From contig JAOZIF010000108.1 in the NCBI GenBank assembly GCA_026014495.1, forward strand, positions 1 through 34,103: a stretch of 34,103 nt of DNA, given 5' to 3'. The DNA comes from Candidatus Bathyarchaeum sp. GTDB taxonomy: Archaea; Thermoproteota; Bathyarchaeia; Bathyarchaeales; Bathyarchaeaceae. The notes beneath the pieces are model-generated. The model saw nothing but the letters and a program-made list of their open reading frames with translations, did no database searches and was not told the origin of the DNA. The number at the start of each line of letters is the position of its first letter. Position 1 is the first letter of the stretch. Shown here in pieces: positions 28,045 through 34,103 of this stretch. A program made the position numbers and the translations under genes.

Positions 28045-28191
28045 TGCAGTCTCCTCTCCTGCAAAAAGGAATTTTTGCTGTATAGCATCATGGTCTTATT
28101 TGTATCTTGTGTCAGTTTGGGGACTTACGGTCACCCTATTAAATATCTATCTTTTGTAAGGCTCTAATCAAAAAAAGGAGAAAAAAATCAA

Positions 28192-30861
28192 ATGCAAAAA
28201 CATCAAACGAAAATGTTTAGTACTATCGTTTTAGTTCTAGTAATGACTACTGCTACAATTGTAGCAAGCTTACCCCTTGTTAGTGCACATGACCCTGCAT
28301 TGGACATTCAAACATACCCATACCTGTCTATTTCACCATCACCAACTGGTGTAGATCAAACTGTGTTTCTTATCTTCTGGCTTCACGGAGCTCCGCCAAC
28401 CGCATCCGGTATCGGCGGTGACCGCTGGCACGACATGACAATAACAATCAACACCCCTAGTGGAAACACAGAAACACTTGATGGCCTAACCACCGACGCT
28501 ACAGGATCAGGATACACAATGTACACTCCCACAGAAATTGGAGAATACGAGTTTATCCTCGACTACCCTGGACAGGTACTATCCTTATACAACCCCTACA
28601 ACGGTGTAGCTGGCAGCGATAGTGACTACATCGGCGACAACTTCCTACCCAGCACCACAACCGTATACCTGACTGTACAAGAAGACCCAATAGAGGCAAT
28701 CGCTGATTATCCACTTCCAACCGAATACTGGACACGTCCAATAGAAGGACAAAATACTGCATGGGCAAGCATTGGTTCACACTGGCTACGCGGAGCCCAA
28801 GTTGGAAGCAACATGGACTTTTGGCAGCAGGTCGGTGATGCACCTGACAGCGCACACATCATGTGGACATACGAAATGGAATTCGGAGGAGTTGTTGGAG
28901 GTGTCACCGAAATTTACGGTGTTGGCTTCTACTCAGGTGGTGCATACGAAGGCAGACTAACAAACTCCATGATAATTTCTGGAAAACTATACTTCCAGCT
29001 ACCACAAAACCACGTTGGCGGCTCACGCGGAATTGGCGCAGGATTCGTTTGCATTGACCTGCAAACTGGAGAAACAGAATGGATCAACGAAGACATGGGA
29101 ATAGCTACCAGCACAATGAAGGCTCAACTCTATAACTATGAATCAATGAATCAACACGGTGTTGTCGGCGGCGTAATTTGGGAAGTATCTGGCACCACAT
29201 GGATTGGCTATGACGCATGGACTGGAAACAACATCTACAACCTAACCAACGTTCCTTCAGGATATGAAGTATACACTGACAATGGCGAAATCGTGCGATA
29301 CGTTATTGACGGAGAAAACAACTGGTTGGCCTTGTGGAACAACACCTGTGAGCAACAAGGACTACACGGAGCAACAGGCACAGGCAGCAGCGCATACCAA
29401 TGGAGACCCGTCGGCAAAGAAGTTGACATGAGCAACGCATACTCATGGAACGTAACAATACCTGACCTACCTGGATTGGCTAGTCCTTCAATTATCGACG
29501 TTATCCCTGGCGACTTGATACTTGGCATGAGCACTTCATCCTCATTCAGGGACTTCTTAGCTGCAGACTACACTACAGTATGGGCTCTAAGTGACAGAGA
29601 CGACGGAACAAGAGGACAACTCTTGTGGATTCAGGACTATCCAGCACCCGAAGGTGACGTTAGCCGAGTAATTCCAACAGCATCACAAATTGACACAGTG
29701 AACCGCGTGTTCGTCATGAACGACAAAGAAACCTTTGCATGGTGGGGCTACAGCATAGACACTGGCGATCTAGTGTGGGGTCCAGTTGTTGCAACTGAGA
29801 CTGCCTTCTCATATTATGGTGGTGGATATGGAGCCGGACAAGTAGGCACTATGGCCTATGGAAACCTCTACATCCAAAACTATGGTGGAGAAATCGCTTG
29901 CATCAACTGTGCCAACGGAAACATCGAGTGGGTCTATGACGATACCAACAGCGGCGTTGAAACACCTTGGGGCAACTACCCAACCTTTATCGCTGCTATT
30001 GCTGACGGCAAAGTCTACGTCTTCAACAACGAACACTCACCAAACTATCCACTATACAAGGGCGAAGCAATGCGATGTGTCGACGCTTACACCGGCGATG
30101 AGATATGGAAACTGACATCTTGGGTTGGCCAAAGCGGTGGTGGAGGAGTTTCAACTTCTGCACTTGCAGACGGCTTCCTTGTCTACTACAACTACTACGA
30201 CAACCAAGTCTACTGTATCGGCAAAGGACCAAGCCAAACAACAGTTAGCGCACCAAACGTTGGCGTCTCATTGGGCTCATCTGTGCTCATAAGCGGCACT
30301 GTAATTGACACAGCCTCTGGAACAGAGCAAACAGAGCAAGCAGGACGATTCCCCAACGGCGTACCAGCAGTCTCTGATGAGAGTATGAGCGCGTGGATGG
30401 AATACGTGTACATGCAAAAGCCTTGCCCAACCAACGTGAATGGCGTTGAGGTGACTTTGGATGCTATTGATCCTAACGGAAACTACATCAGCATAGGCAC
30501 AGTGCGAAGCGACGCAAGCGGACTTTACAGCTGCCAGTGGACTCCTGAGATTGAAGGCAAATACACAATAATTGCCACTTTTGCAGGATCTAACTCATAC
30601 TGGGGCTCATACGCTGAAACCGCTATCGCAGTAGATCCAGCAACAGCAACATCAACACCAATAGAACCAGAGACTCCTGACACTGAAACGCCAGACACGG
30701 AGACACCTGATACTGAGACACCAGATACTGAAACACCAGACACAGAACAGCCAACAGCAGAAACAGCTTTGATTTCTACAGAAGTAGCAATCATAGCAGC
30801 AGTTGCAATAGCAGCTGTCATAGGCGTAGCAGCATTCTGGACACTACGAAAACGAAAATAA
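28192..30861 (+). CDS. Large secreted, C-terminally membrane-anchored PQQ-type beta-propeller protein (cell-surface/S-layer candidate)
   Basis: Signal peptide (..LPLVSA|HDP), repeated propeller motifs (CIDLQTGETEW, YSIDTGDLVWG, CINCANGNIEW, CVDAYTGDEIW), Ig-like end domains, Pro/Thr/Glu linker, TM helix and RKRK tail. Confidence 0.85.
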   Translation: MQKHQTKMFSTIVLVLVMTTATIVASLPLVSAHDPALDIQTYPYLSISPSPTGVDQTVFLIFWLHGAPPTASGIGGDRWHDMTITINTPSGNTETLDGLTTDATGSGYTMYTPTEIGEYEFILDYPGQVLSLYNPYNGVAGSDSDYIGDNFLPSTTTVYLTVQEDPIEAIADYPLPTEYWTRPIEGQNTAWASIGSHWLRGAQVGSNMDFWQQVGDAPDSAHIMWTYEMEFGGVVGGVTEIYGVGFYSGGAYEGRLTNSMIISGKLYFQLPQNHVGGSRGIGAGFVCIDLQTGETEWINEDMGIATSTMKAQLYNYESMNQHGVVGGVIWEVSGTTWIGYDAWTGNNIYNLTNVPSGYEVYTDNGEIVRYVIDGENNWLALWNNTCEQQGLHGATGTGSSAYQWRPVGKEVDMSNAYSWNVTIPDLPGLASPSIIDVIPGDLILGMSTSSSFRDFLAADYTTVWALSDRDDGTRGQLLWIQDYPAPEGDVSRVIPTASQIDTVNRVFVMNDKETFAWWGYSIDTGDLVWGPVVATETAFSYYGGGYGAGQVGTMAYGNLYIQNYGGEIACINCANGNIEWVYDDTNSGVETPWGNYPTFIAAIADGKVYVFNNEHSPNYPLYKGEAMRCVDAYTGDEIWKLTSWVGQSGGGGVSTSALADGFLVYYNYYDNQVYCIGKGPSQTTVSAPNVGVSLGSSVLISGTVIDTASGTEQTEQAGRFPNGVPAVSDESMSAWMEYVYMQKPCPTNVNGVEVTLDAIDPNGNYISIGTVRSDASGLYSCQWTPEIEGKYTIIATFAGSNSYWGSYAETAIAVDPATATSTPIEPETPDTETPDTETPDTETPDTETPDTEQPTAETALISTEVAIIAAVAIAAVIGVAAFWTLRKRK
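30670..30744 (+). repeat. Five imperfect 15-bp tandem repeats encoding (ETPDT)x5
   Basis: gagactcctgacact / gaaacgccagacacg / gagacacctgatact / gagacaccagatact / gaaacaccagacaca; differences are at synonymous positions. Confidence 0.95.
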
Positions 30862-31274
30862 ACCAAATTTTCCCTCCCTCTTTTTTTGGGAGTAAAATGT
30901 ATTGGAGGATTGGGGCTGAATGGGCGCCCTGCACGAAAATGAAAATAACTAAAGCGATAGTAGCCGCTTGAAATTTTCATTTTTTCTCCTCTTAATCGCG
31001 CGTGCGGGGGGTCTCAGCAAACCCTCTCTTCCTTTAATACATCCGATATGCTGGCTACAAACTTGGATTAAGCATCTGGCTGATGTGACTATGGGCAGTT
31101 TTTTTACGTTCAATTGTTGCATAAGGGTTTGTTACTTTTTTAATGGCAGTATTTTATAATACTAGAAACTATTGTTGGTTTTTAGTGTTTGATGTTTTTT
31201 TGGCTTACTTAAAAACTGCTATCTTTAAGTTGTGCGCAACTTTTGTGAACTGTTTGGTTTTGTAATCTGTTGGT

Positions 31275-31376
31275 TGGCGGGCCCGCAGGGATTTGAACCC
31301 TGGGTTTTCGGCTCCGAAGGCTTGCGCGTCACCTTTTTGGCGACTCGACGCCTTATCCAAACTAGGCTACGGGCCC
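31275..31376 (-). tRNA. tRNA-Arg(TCG) with a 24-nt intron at position 29/30 (31322-31345); CCA encoded
   Basis: Minus strand reads GGGCCCGTAGCCTAGTTTGGATAAGGCGTCG[AGTCGCCAAAAAGGTGACGCGCAA]GCCTTCGGAGCCGAAAACCCAGGGTTCAAATCCCTGCGGGCCCGCCA. Removing the intron restores the anticodon stem TCGGC/GCCGA and loop CT-TCG-GA. Confidence 0.93.
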
Positions 31377-31610
31377 TCCGAGAATAGATGTTATGATGAA
31401 TGATTAAAATCTAGCGGAGATTTGTTTCTGGTTGTGTTGTTGTTTTTTGCTGATTTGCCGCCAATTGTTGTTGTGCCTCTTGACACTTTTGTTTTAGCAA
31501 TATTGCTGCCGATTTTTTGGATATGCCTCTTTTTGTTCTCTAACTAGTGACAAACCATAAACTCCCTTAAATCGTACTTTAGCTAACGTCTGTAGTGGGG
31601 GATTAACTGT

Positions 31611-32099
31611 TTGAAGTCTAAACGGAAATCAGACTTTTGGACATCCTTGCTTCTCCTGCTGGTCACGATAGTTTTTTCGGCTGTAGCATACGTCCAATGG
31701 TACAGCTTGTCCTTTTTTGTTGGTTCCCTGTTTTTTGTCCACTGGCTTGGCATAGCAGCAACAATCTTCATCGCAGCAATAATCCCAGTTTACTATGTCC
31801 TTAAACGTAAACGACCAAAAAACATCAAAATGCTACTAAAAATCCATGTCTTTGGAAACCTCGTTTCTTTCATGCTGGTTTCAATACATTTTGCCCAAAA
31901 CATAGGAAGACTGTCTGGGTTCTATCTGAGACTAAACTTTGGATTTGTGTTGTTTTTGGTTCTAAGTATAATTGTTGCAACTGGAATGCTTGAAAGATTT
32001 GGGCACAACCCAAAAATTGCACGATACACAAGACCAATTCACAGATACACCGTAGTAATTTTCTATTTGATTGTAATCATTCATACACTGCAGGCCTAA
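31611..32099 (+). CDS. Small polytopic membrane protein, possibly ferric-reductase-like di-heme b
   Basis: About 5 hydrophobic segments with His pairs H79/H93 and H144/H158 (each 14 apart); TTG start after GGGGG. Confidence 0.55.
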   Translation: MKSKRKSDFWTSLLLLLVTIVFSAVAYVQWYSLSFFVGSLFFVHWLGIAATIFIAAIIPVYYVLKRKRPKNIKMLLKIHVFGNLVSFMLVSIHFAQNIGRLSGFYLRLNFGFVLFLVLSIIVATGMLERFGHNPKIARYTRPIHRYTVVIFYLIVIIHTLQA

Positions 32100-32191
32100 A
32101 TGTTCTTTAGAATTTGCTGTTCTCTGATTATGCCCACGTTCACACGTCAAGGTAATGCTTTAATAAATGTACGATTTTATGGTGTGTCTAT

Positions 32192-32269
32192 GGGCTTGTA
32201 GCTCAGTTTGGCTGGAGCGTTCGGCTGATAACCGAAAGGTCGAGAGTTCAAATCTCTCCAGGCCCACCA
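32192..32269 (+). tRNA. tRNA-Ile(GAT), intronless, CCA encoded
   Basis: GGGCTTG...CAGGCCC acceptor stem, anticodon arm TTCGG-CT-GAT-AA-CCGAA, T arm GAGAG-TTCAAAT-CTCTC. Confidence 0.97.
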
Positions 32270-32491
32270 TTGTATTTTCACTTGACCACTTCAGATTATT
32301 CGAATTTCTCATGAAAAAAGGGTAGTTTAGAATCATCAGCAGAATTAAAGTAGCTTTTGGGCGAATAATCAACTATTTAGCATTCCTTCATGTTGTTTTT
32401 CGACTAAAAAAGGAATCCTTTTTGAAGCACTTTTGGGTTTGGAGATTATCTTCAAAAGCTTCTTTGTGCGCAACCCAAAAACTATTAGTTG

Positions 32492-33472
32492 TTATATTCG
32501 ATTCATCTCTTCGATTGGAATAATGCAGTGGGGAGCAAAAGTGACACTTTGTTCTCCCTCCTCTACCATGGCTGCTCCAGGGACGATTCCTCCAACCATG
32601 CATATTCCAAACCTGTCCATGCCCACCGGTATCCCGAGCACAGGCTCGTTAGGTTCCCCTAAAACAAGAACTCCTCCCCATTCCTTCTTGTGCAGTTCAT
32701 CAAGAATCTTCACAGTTCTCTCTCTTGCCTCAGAAGGTATCTCTCGCAAAGTAGCAAGTAACATACCTGAACCAGTTTTCAGTATACTTGAGATTGAAGT
32801 CATCTTCCTGTAAACAAACACTTCCAAGGGTGGTATTGTTGTTCCTTCATAGGAAATTATTTCTACGAACCTGATTGGTTTACGGTTTAGTACTTGAACC
32901 AGACCACCATGTTTGAAGAATAGTGGAATACCTGAATGAATTAGTATGCTGTCTAGCGTCAAGTTGCAGACCGTTAGCAGCGCAAGCTTTCCCTTGGGTA
33001 CAGATATGTCGCAGTATTCATCTTTTTCGTTCATCACTTTGAGGTATGGCGCTGACAGAAGGCTCATTCTCTGAAGCGCCTTCATCGTGTCCAATGTTTT
33101 GTTTTGCAGGTTTTTGTCCAGTAATGACACGTTCGTGACTACTGTTCCTGAATCTACTTCAGGGTTGTAATTGGCTGAGTACGCTAAAGACATGAAACGA
33201 GTTGTGGTGAACCCGAGCCTCTGGGTGGCAAGTGCTCTGCTCAGTTCTTCGAGACCGGGTTGGGTTATTGTTCGTCCTTTTCGATTGTGCCCCAGCACGA
33301 AACCTTTTGCTTCCAAAAGTTGAAGATGATATCTTACTGTTCTTTCGCTAAGGAGAAAGCCTTTTTTTCTCAGTTCCCTCTTGAGAAGTGTTGAACCCAC
33401 AGGGTCTGCGAATTCGCTCAAGATTCTCAGTATTTCGATTTCCTTTCTGGCGCTCTCGTTTTCGTGAAGCAT
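32492..33472 (-). CDS. nrpR: NrpR-family nitrogen regulatory repressor (wHTH plus one NRD/DUF128 region)
   Basis: EILRIL...PVGSTLL..EL...SERTVRYHL..LEAKG wHTH; TVCNLTLDSIL..SGIP...GG; PNEPVLGIPV...GICMVGG. Start at ATG 33472 (or ATG 33496 as in the ORF track). Confidence 0.85.
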   Translation of the reverse strand: MLHENESARKEIEILRILSEFADPVGSTLLKRELRKKGFLLSERTVRYHLQLLEAKGFVLGHNRKGRTITQPGLEELSRALATQRLGFTTTRFMSLAYSANYNPEVDSGTVVTNVSLLDKNLQNKTLDTMKALQRMSLLSAPYLKVMNEKDEYCDISVPKGKLALLTVCNLTLDSILIHSGIPLFFKHGGLVQVLNRKPIRFVEIISYEGTTIPPLEVFVYRKMTSISSILKTGSGMLLATLREIPSEARERTVKILDELHKKEWGGVLVLGEPNEPVLGIPVGMDRFGICMVGGIVPGAAMVEEGEQSVTFAPHCIIPIEEMNRI

Positions 33473-33548
33473 GTAGCCACTTTCCCAGTTAATCAAAAAT
33501 TCAATTGATTAAGGGCACAATAAACCCCCAGTTTTCACGGCAATCCGT

Positions 33549-34103
33549 TTAAATCCATCCGCGAAGTTTCATCGTTTCAACCACGCGATTGACAGCAACT
33601 ACGTAGGCGGCCTTGCGCATGTTTACGTTATAGTTTTTAGCAGCATCTAGTACTGTGTAATATGCAGAACTCATTTTATGCGCTAGACGTTCGTGTACTT
33701 CCTCCAAGTTCCAGTAGAACATTGAAGCGTTCTGTACCATCTCAAAATATGAAACTGTTACACCGCCCGCGTTACAGAGGAAATCAGGTATTACGTGAAC
33801 GCCGTTTTCATAAAGAATAGCATCTGCTTCTGGCGTTGTTGATCCATTAGCTAACTCAGCAAGAATCTTGGCTTTAATCTTTGATGCATTTTCCTTTGTA
33901 ATTGCATTTTCTAACGCCGCTGCAATGAGTATATCCACGTCAAGTTCGAGAAGTTCACCGTTTGAGATTGATTGCGTATCTGGAGAATTGACAACCGAAC
34001 CTGTATCTGCTTTACAGGAGCAAACATTCTCAAGATTCAGGCCATTCTTGTTATATATGCCACCTTTAGAGTCACTTACTGCCACAACGTTAGCGCCAAG
34101 CAA
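33549..34103 (-). CDS. gdhA: Glu/Leu/Phe/Val dehydrogenase, probably glutamate dehydrogenase (3' part only; truncated by window edge)
   Basis: VVAVSDSKGGIYN, AALEN, AELANG, and PDFLCNAGGVTVSYFE. Confidence 0.92.
   Translation of the reverse strand: MLGANVVAVSDSKGGIYNKNGLNLENVCSCKADTGSVVNSPDTQSISNGELLELDVDILIAAALENAITKENASKIKAKILAELANGSTTPEADAILYENGVHVIPDFLCNAGGVTVSYFEMVQNASMFYWNLEEVHERLAHKMSSAYYTVLDAAKNYNVNMRKAAYVVAVNRVVETMKLRGWI

Noticed and set aside
30670-30744. CRISPR-like or contingency repeat
   Set aside because: There are no spacers, the units are in frame in a CDS, and they are degenerate at third codon positions.
30525-30980. 151-aa antisense ORF with an RBS-like GAGGAG and SGVSV repeats
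   Set aside because: Most of it is the mirror of the ETPDT/TM region of the real gene on the opposite strand, and the repeat varies at positions that are silent for the + strand frame.
31393-31453. C/D-box sRNA (ATGATGA...CTGA)
   Set aside because: No credible D'/C' boxes or terminal stem, and the region overlaps the promoter of the minus-strand tRNA-Arg.
31275-32269. tRNA-targeted integrated element (att site)
   Set aside because: I found no duplicated tRNA 3' fragment and no integrase in the window.
32418-32481. Nested inverted repeats downstream of nrpR (TTTTGAAG/CTTCAAAA; TTTTGGGTT/AACCCAAAA)
   Set aside because: Low-complexity A/T-run pairing, most simply a termination region; nothing supports a distinct element.

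Overview
Archaeal chromosomal window, most likely Candidatus Bathyarchaeia. This is inferred from GGAGGTGA/GGTGA ribosome-binding sites, the Sm-L37e pair, an intron-containing tRNA, and a TrmB regulator beside a large PQQ-type beta-propeller surface protein. Contents in order: a glutaredoxin/NrdH plus class III ribonucleotide reductase (nrdD); two radical SAM/SPASM genes and a flippase-like membrane protein; a four-gene amino acid/peptide-modifying cluster (fold-type II PLP enzyme, GNAT, Ddl-like ATP-grasp ligase, MurL-like PP-loop enzyme); a 40-aa desulforedoxin missed by the ORF track; a CBS-HPF fusion that looks like an archaeal ribosome hibernation factor; pyrB; a Pst phosphate-uptake block with four PhoU-fold genes and arsC, lying between divergent pyrB and pyrI; an HTH regulator plus Hsp20; a pyruvyltransferase-nitroreductase fusion; Sm, L37e and acs; a TrmB/beta-propeller divergon; tRNA-Arg(TCG) with a non-canonical 29/30 intron; a small di-heme-like membrane protein; tRNA-Ile(GAT); an NrpR-type regulator; and the 3' part of a glutamate dehydrogenase. 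I saw no CRISPR array, transposase or integrase. The best candidate for an undescribed system is the MurL-like/Ddl-like/GNAT/PLP cluster. All family calls come from motif recognition by eye, with no database searches.
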